This document shows, one piece after another, positions 11,280 through 23,759 of a stretch of 64,000 nt of DNA. Each line of letters opens with the position of its first letter. Position 1 is the stretch's first letter. The notes under the pieces are model-generated. The model saw only the letters and a program-made list of their open reading frames with translations. It was not told the DNA's origin and ran no database searches. The stretch is from Malacoraja senta (Eukaryota), in assembly GCA_038087875.1 (NCBI GenBank), contig CM075978.1:161386001-161450000 (forward strand), in the 5' to 3' direction. The position numbers and the translations under genes are program-made.

Positions 11280-12278
11280 CCTCCTTGATAACCATCAATA
11301 GGGGGCAGCCCAAGATGGTGTGCTCAGTCCCATGCTCTACTCAGTCTTTAGCCAGGACTGTGTAGCCAGGCACAGCTCTACCCTTTTAAAAATTTCGGCG
11401 ACAATATCGCCGTTGTTGGACGAATGATAGGAACAGGAGGGTGATTGATAATCTGATTGAACAACAATCTGGCTCTCAACATTCGCAAGGCCAAGCAGTT
11501 GATTGTTGGAAGGAAAGCCAAGGAGCCTGTCTTCAATGACGGGATGGCAGTGGACAGAGTCAGCAGCTTCAAGTTCCTGGGTGTGTACATCTCTGAAGAT
11601 CTACCATGGGCCTAGTACATTGATGCAATCACAAAGCAAACTCATCATACCTCTAGTTCCTTAGATTGTTGAGGAGATTTGGTATGTTGCCAAATACACT
11701 ATTAAACTTCTAAAGGTGTACAGTGGAGAGAATTCTCACTGGCTGCAACACAGTCTAGTTTGGTAACTCATTATTTACGAATGAGGGAGGCGGCAGAAAG
11801 TGCCAATATTTGGCACCATTGCCTGGTGCATCATGGGTATGGAACTCTCAAGCATTGAAGCAATCTACAAGATACGCTGTCTCAAAAGGCAGCTAATATT
11901 ATAATGGAGTCACACCACTCTGGCCATGCTTTCATCTCACTGCCACCTTTGGAAAGCAGGTACTGAAGCTTGAGAACCATGACCTGCAGGTTCAGCTTCT
12001 TCGCATCAACCATCAGGTTGTTGACGACACTGCACAACTCTAACCACAAACCTACCTCAGCAATGATCTACTATGGACTTTGCTTTGGTTGCACCATGCA
12101 CTTCAGTTTGCACTGTTATGGTCTGGCTACCTAGTTTTACTGATATTTTATTGTATTGATGATTATTACATAATTATTTGTTGCGTAATTGCATTAATGT
12201 GCCCGTAAAACTGCAGCTGGTAAGAATGTCATTGTTTTTCTCCCAGTGCTTATGACAATTAAACATTCTTGACTCTTG
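11280..12278 (+). mobile_element. Degraded Rex1/Babar-type LINE (RT domain to 3' UTR)
   Basis: Remnants of G.PQG.VLSP.LYS, KF.D..AVVG, VDRVSSFKFLGV.ISEDL and downstream motifs; tail gacaattaaacattcttgactcttga. Confidence 0.75.
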
Positions 12279-12328
12279 ATTTCATGAAACCAGCACATGG
12301 AGATACAAAGGAGCACATGCATACTTGC

Positions 12329-12505
12329 AGAGAAGGAATGGGCGAATTTCTCAGGTCAAGGCACTTCTTCAGACTGAAGAAGGGTCTCGACCTGAAATGT
12401 CACCCATTCCTTCTCTCCAGAGATGCTGCCTGTCTCGCTGAGTTACTCCAGTATTTTGTGTCTCTCTTCGGTGTAAACCAGCATCTGCAGTTACTTCCTA
12501 CACAC
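12329..12505 (+). mobile_element. Penelope-like pseudo-LTR fold-back insertion
   Basis: Inversion junction CTTCTTCAG-A-CTGAAGAAG; GCATAC at both flanks (12319-12324, 12506-12511). Confidence 0.75.
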
Positions 12506-13495
12506 GCATACATAATCACTGAAGCAGTGTACAATAGACAGAACTTCACAATCCCATGGGTCAGAGCTCTACAAATTGTGTCATAAATGCCAAACAACTG
12601 GTGGAAGGAAGTGCCATTGTTTTGGATTCCATCCTCAATGACAGCAGAACACAGCACAAGAGAGCAAATGATAACGTTGAAATGGTTTCCCTCAATCTCA
12701 TTCAGTGTAGAGGACTGATTCATCACAGCTGCTACCTGTCATCTAATCCGATTCACTCCATGTAATGTCAAGAAACACCGAAGGCAATGGATGTAGCAGT
12801 GATGCTGAAGACGTGTGCTCTACAAATAACTTTGCCTTAAGACAAACTTTTTCAAAATAACTACACAGTGACATCTGCCTGACAATGTTGAAAATTGTCC
12901 ACGAAAGTCCTGTCCCCGAAAGTCCTGTCCCCAAAAGGTAGAATAAGTCCAATGTGGATAATTACCATCCCTCGAACCCACCCTAGAAGTTTCAGAAAAT
13001 GATGGAAGGAACCATCAACAGTGTATTCAAGCGGCACTTACAGATCAATAACTTACATTGGTTCAATCCGTTCAGGTCAGCCGCTGCCTTCATTATCCTA
13101 GTCCAAATATTGCCAATTATTTTCTGAAGTGAGTTGAGAGTAAATATCTTGACATCAAGGCATGATTGGACCAAATACAATATTTAAAGTCTAAATAAAA
13201 TTGATCAATGGGGACCAGGCTGAAAATTCTTCTTTACATTAACTTAAACCAAGCAAAAAGAAGCCAACTACAAGAGGTGGTCAGTAGCTAGAAGGGCTTT
13301 CTACTATATCTATGGTATAAAGTCGGTAGTACAATGGAATACTCGCCACTTGCCTTGGTGAAAGAGTGACACTTGGAATCACCCTGGAAAAAATAGCTGA
13401 CTTAATTTGTGCATAATCTATCAGGCTCAGCATTCACTCCAGTCACCTAGTGTGCACTGGAGATGCTATAAAATGCAGGCCACCAAATTGCTGAA

Positions 13496-13720
13496 TGGGT
13501 AGGTAGGAACTGCAGATATTGGTTTAAACCGAAGATAGACACAAAATGCTGGAGTAACTCAGCGGGACAGGCAGCATCTCGGGAGTGAAGTAATGGGTGA
13601 CGTTTCGGGACGAGAGCCTTCTTCAATCTGAAGAAGGGTCTTGACCCGAAACGTCATCCATTTCTTCTCTCTAGTGATGCTGCCTGTCCCGCTGAGTTAC
13701 TGCAGCATTTTGGGTCTATC
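13496..13720 (-). mobile_element. Penelope-like pseudo-LTR fold-back insertion with degenerate 14-bp TSD
   Basis: Arms ~13535-13625 and ~13629-13720 are reverse complements. Flanks ACCAAATTGCTGAA / ACCAACTTGCTAAA. Confidence 0.8.
13628..13655 (+). ncRNA. Minimal hammerhead ribozyme-like motif (intact core)
   Basis: CUGAAGA-A-GGGUC UU GACCC-GAAAC-GUC. Confidence 0.6.
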
Positions 13721-14089
13721 ACCAACTTGCTAAAGTTTCTTTGCGGGAACTTCCTAGCCCTCACCTTCCAACTTTGTACACTCTGCCATCTGCATAGACA
13801 AAGAAATCAGGTACACAAAAGACTACTAAACTTCTCAAACTAATCAAAAATTAACACAACAATCTGACATGGGAGTATAATCCCTTTCTTTTCTCATATT
13901 TTCTTAAGATAAGGGGTGATGGCCATTCAGTCCATTGAGCTAGACTAGACTGATTGCAGTCAGAGTTTTCCTCCATTTTTTTCCTTTAAGTAATCCTTTG
14001 CAACATGCCTATCAACTCCATTGCGATTCCCCTAACACCCACCTCAACAGGAGTAATTTAGAGTAGCTTATTAACCTAACACTGTACAC

Positions 14090-14385
14090 TTAAGAGATTT
14101 AGTGATATAGCATGGAAACAGATCCTTCAGCTCACTGAGTCTGTGCCAACCAGTGATCATTCCGTACACTAATCTACACACACTAGGGACAATTTTTACA
14201 ATTTACCGAAGCCAATTAACCTACAAACCTGTATTTCTTTGGAGTGTGGGAGGAAAAAGGGAGCACCTGGAGAAAACCCACGCAAGAGATCATACAAACT
14301 CGGTACAGACAGCACCCATAGTCAGGATCATACCCGGATCTCTGGCGCTGTAAGGCAGCAGCTCTACCATTGCGCCATTGTGCCA
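14090..14385 (-). mobile_element. V-SINE copy
   Basis: Homologous to 1625-1941. Confidence 0.8.
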
Positions 14386-15728
14386 CTTATTAACACCTGG
14401 TCACCCAGTGGTCCTAATGGTGTCGATGTGTATTGATTGACTAATAACTATAATCTCAGGGGCAGTTTGTGGACATTGTGCTTTTAGTAGCATCTAAATC
14501 CTGTGAATGAAGATAAAATTGTTGATGTACTCAGACAGGACTCCTACATGTTGCTATTCAATCAGAAGTATCATCTCATGTCATTACAAGAAGATATGAA
14601 CAAAGGCAAGAATGAATGATGCCAGTGAATTTAGCAAAAGTAAGGATTTGTTTCCTCTTGGTCTGTTCACGACACCACACAACATCCTTCCCAGCAGCTA
14701 CCAGGGGAAGTTCAGAAATCTGCTTTGATATTTGAATGTGTCATTACTCCTATGTTTATCCAAGTCATTTGCTCAAATCCTGCACAGCTCTTTGATTTTT
14801 TTTGTAGGTTGATATCTATTAATGGTTAAATTATTTAAATAATTTTCAATGCAATGATGGCTTGACGCTCACTGATTTTTTTCGAAGTAAGATTTCAACC
14901 ATAGCTTTAAATGGAAGCACTTAAATAATTGAGAAGGAAAATTATATTTTTAGTTAAATATGTAAAATTACCGAATATATCCCCTGTGACAAAGTCTACA
15001 ATTCTTTACAATATCAGCTTGTTGCCATATAAACCAAGTAATAGATTTGCCCTGAAGTTTCACTGAAAAATAATTCCATGGAGATACAGTACTCAGAGAA
15101 GGCAATTTAAATTTTAACATTACAAGAATGTTTTATAAAACCAGTTTGCTACTCATAAAATGGGATTCTTTGCTAACTTCAGTACTGGTTCATTATATCA
15201 TAAAAAGACTGTCCTAGGGCTCAGGCAATTCTTTCGGAGATTGGACACAATATGAGTGTCTGGAGCATAGAAAAATGAGTACGTTCATTTTACTCCAAGT
15301 GAAAGTGGCATTCCACTTGCAGAGACTTGGCTTATTCATCTGTGCACGTATTTAGTTCACCTGCAGCCTATCCAGATGATTGTCTGGACTCTGAAAGTAA
15401 GACTAAATCCCTCAAAACAAAAACAAAATTTGGCTTTCATTATATAAATAGTTTGCAGCCAAATGTTCTTCTTCATATAGATCCTTTATACATTGGTGAA
15501 ATCAGGTTACAAACTACATTACTTTGACACATTTTCAACGACATTTTCTGCTCTTGTAGGCTATATTAAGTTCCGTGTGAAGTGAAGTTCATCGGATATT
15601 TCACTCAATTGCCATTACTGAGCTACGGGCTTTGACAAAAAGGAATTGCAAGCTATTTACATAAAAGAACAAATCCACATCAGTCCTACTTTCATCCAAT
15701 CTTCAGAATGAAAATTCTCAATGACTTA

Positions 15729-15938
15729 AGGGCCTGTCCCACTTGGCCGTCATTTGCGTGTGATTTACGCGACATCATTTACGCGTCACGATGCATGTGG
15801 TGCGCGCATGGGGCGCATTACGCGCGATGACGTAGGCAGTGACGCGCGGCCGCGCGCCGTTGCAGGATTTTGTGATGTACAAAATCTTCGCGCGCCATCT
15901 GCATGACGCGCAAATGACGGCCATGTGGGACAGGCCCT
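15729..15938. mobile_element. PIF/Harbinger-type MITE (210 bp, CpG-rich)
   Basis: TIR AGGGCCTGTCCCACTTGGCCGTCATTTGCG / CGCAAATGACGGCCATGTGGGACAGGCCCT; TSD TTA on both sides. Confidence 0.88.
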
Positions 15939-16015
15939 TTACTCCTCCAATACCAATTTTAATAGCACTATGAGGGCCTTGGATAAAACGAATAAGCTCA
16001 GAGGGGGTTGACAAT

Positions 16016-16398
16016 TCACTTTCCGAATAGTGAAAGGCTTGGATGGAGTGGATGTGGAGAGGATGTTTCCACTAGTGGGAGAGTCTAGGACCAGAGGTCA
16101 TAGTCTCAGAATTAAATGACGTTCCTTTAGGAGGAGATGAGGAGGAATTTCTTTAGTCAGAGGGTGGTGAATGTGGAATTCATTGCCACAGAAGGCTGTG
16201 GAGGCCAGGTCGATGGATATTTTTAAGGCAGAGATAGATAGATTCTTGATTAGTACAGGTGTCTGGGGTTATGGAGAGAAGACAGGAGAATGGGGTTAAG
16301 AGGGAGAGATAGATCTGCCATGTTTGAATGGCGGAGTAAACTTGATGGGCCAAATGTCTTAATTCTGCTCGTATCACTTATGACCCATGACCTTATGA
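16016..16398 (+). mobile_element. CR1 LINE 3' fragment
   Basis: gatgtggagaggatgtttccactagtggga..ttctttagtcagagggtggtgaat..(cttatgac)n tail. Confidence 0.85.
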
Positions 16399-18764
16399 AT
16401 GAAATATTTATGCTCAACTAATCACTGGTTGAACTTGCTAAACCATCTGGGGTCAAATCAATCTGAAGATTAAATATGTGTTGGAATGATAAGTTATACT
16501 TGTTTTAATTATGATCAAAAAGTAGGAATTATGCTAATAAAGTTCTTGTATGAGAAGAACTCTTTGAAGGACGATGGCATTATATAAATAAGAAAGAAAA
16601 CCGATCTGAAGATGGTATGACAATTAAATGGAACAGGGCTGCCTCTAATACGTTGTTATTCTCATTTTACTGGGAAGCCCCCACAAAGTCAATGGTGATT
16701 CTACGCTACTTCTTTGGATTCTGATGCCAATGTGGGACTTGAACACTGCTACAAATGGGATAGGCTGCTTAACAGAATGGTTAATTGAGTGGCGAGGGAG
16801 ATGGGCTGCTCGTGCTGGTTCATGTAGTTTTCAAGAAGGCTTTTAAGAAATGCTTTAAGAATTTCTTAATCATCTACTTAATAATTAAAAATTAAAATCT
16901 CGTTCAAAAATGTGGTGAGTTAAGAGAAAATTGTATTAAGTGTTTCTTGTGCTTCCACAATTTACCATGACCACTGTTGTGAAACAATTTTTTAAGACTT
17001 TCTCAGTAGCACAGGGACCAGGGAAAGTACAAATAAACTCCCTTGTGTGAACAGAATTTTGAATGGTTTACAAAGACAGTATTATGAGACGTAAATGCAT
17101 GTTACTGAATATGCAGAATTCCTGCATTTGTAGTATTTTGCATTTTACACCAGACATAAGCTTTTATTTCACTGAATAAGCACGAGTTATAAAAATAAGT
17201 TATAGATAGCAGCTATTGATAGGAACATATAGATTCGTTCAATTAATATAAATTACGATTGGAGATTGAAATTTTTTAACCATAAATATAAATGACATTC
17301 TTTAGAAAGAGCCATTCAGCTAACATTTCTTACTCCATTAAGGTTCAGACGCCGGAGATTATATTCTAACGTTTTAAGCTGTATAATACATTCCTGATCA
17401 ATGGGTAAAATCAAGTTGAGAAGTGATTGTGGAAACCTGCTTCTTAGCTCATTTAGTGCTTTCAAATATTGAGTAATGATGTCTACAGTAAAACCAACAA
17501 GATTATTTGGAAAAAAAACACAACAGCTGATGAGTTTGAAGGTCATCTATTAAGTTTAGTTAATAATTAGTAAGTGGTGGAAAATGGAAGTGCTCTTGTA
17601 AATAGACTCATGCAATCAGGCAGATTTTAATCCCAAGAAATACAAGAAAAAATTTACTTTTAAATGGATTGCCTCAGATATTCTCCAGCGTTTTGGGAAA
17701 TGAACTCAGAAACTTCACTATGAGGTTAAAGGACACAAAATAGGATACAAATAGTTCTCACCATATGTATTTGTAAAAGCATAAGTCACATTTGTGAAAT
17801 GTGATTTACTGTATGAAATCTTAACGGAGAAAGAAGTTAAATCAATATTAACTGCAAAATTCATTGAGATTGGTTGACCAGAGAAAGTGAAGATCAAGAC
17901 AACATATCAGTTTTAAAATCTTTTTTTGTGTTTTCAAACTTGTGCCGATTCTCATAATTGATTTCTATCCTCAATCACGTTAATCTGTTTTAATGCCTAC
18001 AGTTTCTTTGACCATTGCAAAGATTTATTGGGCTGCGCTTGTGGTCAGGGCAAACTGTACAGTAAAAGTCACACCAGGTAACAGATTGCTTTGACCTCAG
18101 CTTACTATGTTTTTACTGGCCTTTTTCACATCCAAGAGCCACTACAATAAAATATTTACATTTAAGGAGATAGCTTAATAAAAACATATTCTATATTCTT
18201 AATTTCTACTTAGAAGAAAGAAGCTGACCAAAAATATGATGTTCTTGAATGCAGTTAAGAGGTCGCAAATGTACTGAAGTAACATAGGGGCAGAATTACA
18301 AAGTATGTTCTTGGAGCACAATACGCCCAGCTAACTCGTGCTTATTGATTGCTATGCCAAATTTGTGTTGCCTGTTAATTATAATCAATTCTGCAACACT
18401 TAGCACTAGGTATAATTCAGATTGTCGCCAGGTCTCAGAAGTGACCCAGTATCGTAACCTATACGGTGAGATGCATGCACAAGTTTCTTAGGTCAGGTCA
18501 TGTCCCAGCTGTGAATTATAATATGCATAAATGGTTGATGGTTCAATGCAGTACTAATCTCTCGTCTTCATTCCTAGTAATTTTCCTCCCATCTACATTA
18601 TTTCATCAGCGGCTTGGCTATGCTAGTCTGACAGCCAGACCTGTGTCCTGCATCTTTGTGATAAGATGCCATGATTCCTCAAGAACTGAAGCCGATGTGG
18701 TCTCCCTGCCAGGCCCTTTACAACCCCCCTTTCTGCAATGAATGTTATAACTAACGGGGCATTA

Positions 18765-19207
18765 CAATGGATTAGCTATAAGGAGAGTTGGGACAAACTT
18801 GAATTGTTTTCTCTGGAGTGTTCGAGGCTGAGGGGAGACCTGAAGCATTTATATAAAATTATGAGAGGCATAGATAGGGTAGAGAGTCTGCACCTTTTTC
18901 TCCCAGGGTGTAATTGTCAAAAACTAGAGTGCTTAACTTAAAGGTGAGAGGGGCAACGTTTAAAGTTGAAGTGCAGGGCACGCTTTTTTTTAAAGAGTGA
19001 TGGGTGCCGAATGTGGTTCCAGGGGTGGTGGTGGAGGCAGATATGATAGCGGCATTTAAGAGGCTTTTAGACATGTACATGGACATGCAGGGAACGGATG
19101 GATATGGATCATGTGCGGGCAGATAAGATTATTTTAACTTGGCATCATATTTGCCATGGATAAGGTGGGCTGAAGGGCCTATTCCTATGCCATGCTGCTC
19201 TATGTTC
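18765..19207 (+). mobile_element. CR1 LINE 3' fragment
   Basis: Translates SYKESWDKLELFSLECSRLRGDLKHLYKIMRGIDRV (CR1 LFSLE.RRLRGDL..YKI motif); 3' UTR gggctgaagggcct. Confidence 0.85.
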
Positions 19208-19492
19208 AGGCGGCATGGTGGAGTAGCGGTAGAGCCACTGCCTTACAGTGCCAGAGACCCGGGTTCCATCCTGACTATGGGTGCTGTCTGTGAACGCATG
19301 GGTTTTCTCCGAGAACTTCAGTTTCCTCTCACACTCCAAAGATGTAAATGTTTGTAGGTTAATTGGCTTGGTATGAATGTAAAATTATTCCGAGTGTGTG
19401 TAGGATAGTGTTGATGTGCGGTGATTGCTGGTCGGTGCAGACTTAGTGGACCAAATGGCCTGTTTCTGTGCTGTATTTCTAAACTAAACTAA
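19208..19492 (+). mobile_element. V-SINE copy abutting the CR1 tail
   Basis: GGCGGCATGGTGGAGTAGCGGTAGAG head; (AAACT)n tail. Confidence 0.85.
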
Positions 19493-19852
19493 GTTCCAAT
19501 GCAGAAGTTGCATGGCAGGCAAAGGCAAATGCAAATGCACAGGAGTGATTGGTTATTTAGAATGTATTTTTTTGGTGGCTTTCAAAATTGCATCGTGATT
19601 ATGTGAAACATGGCCAGTAGCAGAGGTACAGTAAAAGAGCTATTGTTGCGTGAGTAATTAGCATAGCATTTGCAGATATTGTCCTCAGTTGAGTTTTGCA
19701 TGGACAATCTGAGAAGAAGCCGTGTCTCTTCGTTCTTTGAATTCCTCGTGCTCCTGTTCTGCAGATGGCTTGTTTTGAAACTGTGGGGAAGAGACTGTAT
19801 GCATCTTGACAGTTACTCTACTAGCAATTCAGGCCTCAGTGAGATAATCATA

Positions 19853-20238
19853 AAATCATAATGTCATAAGTGATAGGAGCAGAATTAGGCCATTCAGCCC
19901 ATTGTCTGCTCTGCCATTCTATCATGGCTGATCTATCTCTCCCTCCTAACCCCATTCTCCTGCTTTCTCCCCATAACCCCTGACACCCATACAAATCTAG
20001 AATCTATCTATCTCTGCCTTAAAAATATAAATCAATGGCCTCCACAGCCTTCTGTGGCAAAGAATTCCACAAATTCACCGCCCTCTATGACTAAAGAAAT
20101 CCCACCTCATCTCCTTCCTAAAGGAACGTCCTTTAATTCTGAGGCTATAACCTCTAGTCCTAGACTCTCCAACTAGTGGAAACATCCTCCCCATGCCCAC
20201 TCTATCCTAGCCTTTCACTGTTCGGTAAGTCTCAATGA
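19853..20238 (-). mobile_element. CR1 LINE 3' fragment
   Basis: Reverse-complement homolog of 16016-16398. Confidence 0.85.
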
Positions 20239-21771
20239 AACTTCAATGAAAGTTTCAATGGGTTTCATTCGCCAACCTGTTGTTTTAGCACAGTATTGAA
20301 TCATTTATTCTCTCAGCATTTTGGAAGTATGGTTCCTACAGTATGCCTGCTTCTCTAGAATATGATAGTTACACGCCCGACCTGCCAGATCTCAACAATT
20401 GTTCCCAACTCATATCCAGGTGGAGAGCGGGTCAAAGACAGACATGGTCCCTCCCCTTCCTCCTCCATCTTTTCTATTTGTTTGGATGCTTTGGATACCC
20501 TCTGTTCATTCTCTTGGTCACGACCATGTGAGAATCAGCTTAAGATCCTTCAGTGTCCTTCGCAGAGCCTCATGCAGCTATTTGCCACGTGAAATAGCTG
20601 TGGAACACACCAAATACTTGTGGAGTCAAAGCAACAGCCAGAAGAAATCAAACAGCAACTGACCTGTTAGTCATGGATAATCTTTTTAAATAGGGCCCTG
20701 GAGGTCCTTTCTGTTACACAACACACTCTCAGCAATTAGAGCGAGTACATGGCTGGCAGTTCGTATCATACTCGTGAGGCATGAGGATTGTCATCATGAT
20801 CTGGCCCCTTTGCATACCAACTCAATTGCTGTTCACTGAGCACATTTACATGCTCACCAATATTGCATCCAATGCAATTCAGACATGTACATCTGTGCTG
20901 CGGGCACAAATTTGCAATTCCAAAAGCACTGAGCCCAGTTTCTCACTGTATAACTGGATAATTGTAATGACCGAATGAATATAAACTGGTACACAGTATG
21001 CTTGCTTCCCTCCCCACCCAGCAGCCTAGATTAAAACATTAATTTCCATCACTGTTAATTGTCATCCACACAATGCTGTTTCATATATTCATAGAGGCAT
21101 AATTTAGACTCAGCAATTCTGATGTTAAGTAAATATAAAATAATTAGAGATATACTATATGGTGATGTCTGTGGCATACAGTATTCTTTTGTTCCAATTA
21201 GCAGATTGTAAATGGCATCTTTAACACCCTGTCTTACAGCAAAACAGCCCACACAATGCAAATGGAAAGAAGCTGGCAGTTGTCCAAGAGTGCCAAAGGC
21301 ATCATCAACAAATTATGGGTCCAAAAAGCTTAGTTATGTGATAACTGTGAGGGCGCAATGCAAACACAGCTGCTTTGTATTGTGCAACAGGTACACGAGG
21401 ACAGTCAGTATATGGACAACTAATTCCACAAAATACTATTTTGGTATTAAACATCAGTCCGTTTTTTCAATGAATTTGCATAGTACATGAGTACAACAAT
21501 TTAACCAAGAATAGGTGTTTGCCACACATTTAAAAAAGTAGCAGCCAGGTACAATACAGTATGTTCAATACCAGCCTTAGCTCATTTGAGATGGCCAAAA
21601 TAAAACAAACAGCCCTCAAAACAAGGCACAGTTGTGCAGTACTTATAATTGTACAGTTGTGCAAACTTGTGCAGTACTTATAATTGGGACTTGAATTATT
21701 TGGTATAAGAATATTTAAATTAATCACAAATATATTGTAGTCTTCCCTGATGACTAACATTAAATTATTGC

Positions 21772-22458
21772 AGGCTGAAGAAGGGTCCCGACCCAAAATG
21801 TTCTCTAGAGATGCTGCTAGAGAACAACAATCGTTCCCCAGCCCCGCACGGCCTAGTTTTACCTTCTCCCCAAAATCCAAAAACACTACTGCCCTGGCAG
21901 ACCCATTGTTTCTGCCTGCTCCAGTCCCACTGAAATAATTTCCACGTACCTCGACTCCATCCTATCCCCCCTGGTCCAATCTCTCCTGACCTATTTCCAA
22001 GAGACATAGATACATAGATACATAGAAAATAGGTGCAGGAGTAGGCCATTCGGCCCTTCGAGCCTGCACCGCCATTCAATATGATCATGGCTGATCATCC
22101 AACTCAGTATCCCGTACCTGCCTTCTCTCCATACCCCCTGATCCCTTTAGCCACAAGGGCCACATCTAACTCCCTCTTAAATATAGCCAATGAACTGGCC
22201 TCAACTACCCTCTGTGGCAGAGAGTTCCAGAGATTCACCACTCTCTGTGTGAAATCTCACCTCACATGCCCATTGTCTCTTTAATGACTTACGCTTTCCA
22301 AGCCCCCACTCCCTCATCTTTATTACAGTCTGAAGAAGTGTCTCGGTCCGAAACTTCACCTATTTCTTTTTTCCAGAGATGCTGTCTCTGGAGAATTACT
22401 CCAGCATTTTGTGTCTCTCTACAGTTTAAACCAACATCTGCAGTTCCTTCCTACACAC
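21772..22458 (+). mobile_element. Internally deleted Penelope-like element: partial pLTR, RT fragment, pLTR; interrupted by CR1
   Basis: From 21857 translates FYLLPKIQKHYCPGRPIVSACSSPTEIISTYLDSILSPLVQSLLTY (PLE RT motif YxLPKIHK..RPIVS). Resumes after the CR1 as TSHA..LFND..FP.P.SLIF. CTGAAGAAG pLTR cores at 21775 and 22330. Confidence 0.85.
22005..22254 (-). mobile_element. Young CR1 3' fragment nested in the Penelope RT
   Basis: (CATAGATA)n tail, aaaataggtgcaggagtaggccattcggcccttcgagcc; related to 27334-27630. Confidence 0.88.
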
Positions 22459-23124
22459 AATGGAAAGTAAAACTTGTCTTCTACTTCAGCAATGCCTTAC
22501 AATGACAGGTCTTCAACACAGCTTACATTAAACAAAGTGGTTGCTGAATAACTACTGCGAATGTAATGAGCTCTGGATGAAAATTGTAATGTAGACATCA
22601 TTTAATATGGCATTAAATGTATATGAGAAAAAACATTTTTTTTACATTTAATAATTTAATTGCTTACAAGAATCTGGAAGACTGGTGAGAAAAATACTCA
22701 ATACTCCCTTCTTAAACCAAATTTTATTTTAAGTTGGTACATGTGATGTTCCTATTAGGAATTTATTATTCTGCCAGTTTGCCACTGAAAAATGGCAAAA
22801 ATTCCTGGATAATGGTCAGGGGATTCGACAGACATGTTGAATGCAGAATTAAATATTCCCTATGTCAGAGTAAGTAACTGTATGATAAAACGATGAGCAT
22901 TTTGAAATGTTGTATCTAGACTAGAGCAGGAGTATGTTATTCAGCCCTTAAAGCCTGCTTTGCCTTTCAGTATGATAAAGGCTGATCCTCTATTTCAGTA
23001 TCATCTTTCTGCTTTTCTCCACATTCATTGATGCCTTTTACAATCAGAAATCTATGCGCCACCTTGAAAAGTTTAGCACTTTGGGTTTCATCACCTTCTG
23101 TAGTAGGTGATACCACTCCTGTTA

Positions 23125-23748
23125 AGGGCCTGTCCCACTTAGGCAATTTTTTCGGCGACTACAGGAGACTAGGCTGTCACCACATGGTCGCGAGGTGACA
23201 CCTGTATGGTCGTGAGTTGTCTCCTCGAGTCGCCTAGAGTCGTAACTTTTTTCTTGTCGCCGCTGGATTTTGAAATGTTCAAAACCTTTCGCCGACTGTG
23301 GGCTTGACATAGCTTGTCTTCTCCTGTTGTAGGTGCTGTCGTAGGTTGTCGCCAGGATGACGCAGGTTGTCGCCTGGTGACGTAGGTTGTCGCCGGGTGA
23401 TGACTTTGGTGAATGCCATAGGCGACTACCTACGTCAACAGGTGACAGGTACCGGCGACTGAATGATCTTACCTTCTTGTAGCTTGTCGCGGGTGGACGT
23501 AGGTTGTCGTAGGTGTGGTCGTAGGTGGATGTAGGTTGACTTCGGATGTCGTAGGTTGTCGCCTGTGTGGTCAAAGGTTGTCGTAGGTGTGGCGATAGGT
23601 GGAGGTCCTAATGGGTCGCCGGCTGTCAGTAGACATTGGTGGTAGGTTGTCGAAGACATTGTCGTGGGGGGTCCAGTCATCGTTTTTTGGGCGACCTGCT
23701 ACGACTGTGACTGTCACCGAAAAAAATCGCCTAAGTGGGGCAGGCCCT
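23125..23748. mobile_element. PIF/Harbinger-type MITE (624 bp) with internal GTAGGTTGTC decamer repeats
   Basis: TIR AGGGCCTGTCCCACTTAGGC / GCCTAAGTGGGGCAGGCCCT; TSD TTA (23122-23124, 23749-23751); shares internal blocks with 4366-4696. Confidence 0.88.
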
Positions 23749-23759
23749 TTAATGTCCTC

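Noticed and set aside
12902-12932. Tandem 15-mer GAAAGTCCTGTCCCC x2
   Set aside because: Simple slippage duplication with no further structure.
23122-23680. 150-aa and 81-aa Thr/Tyr/Asp-repeat ORFs; CRISPR-like or protein-repeat appearance
   Set aside because: Product of decamer tandem repeats inside a TIR-bounded MITE; no unique spacers, and the context is eukaryotic.
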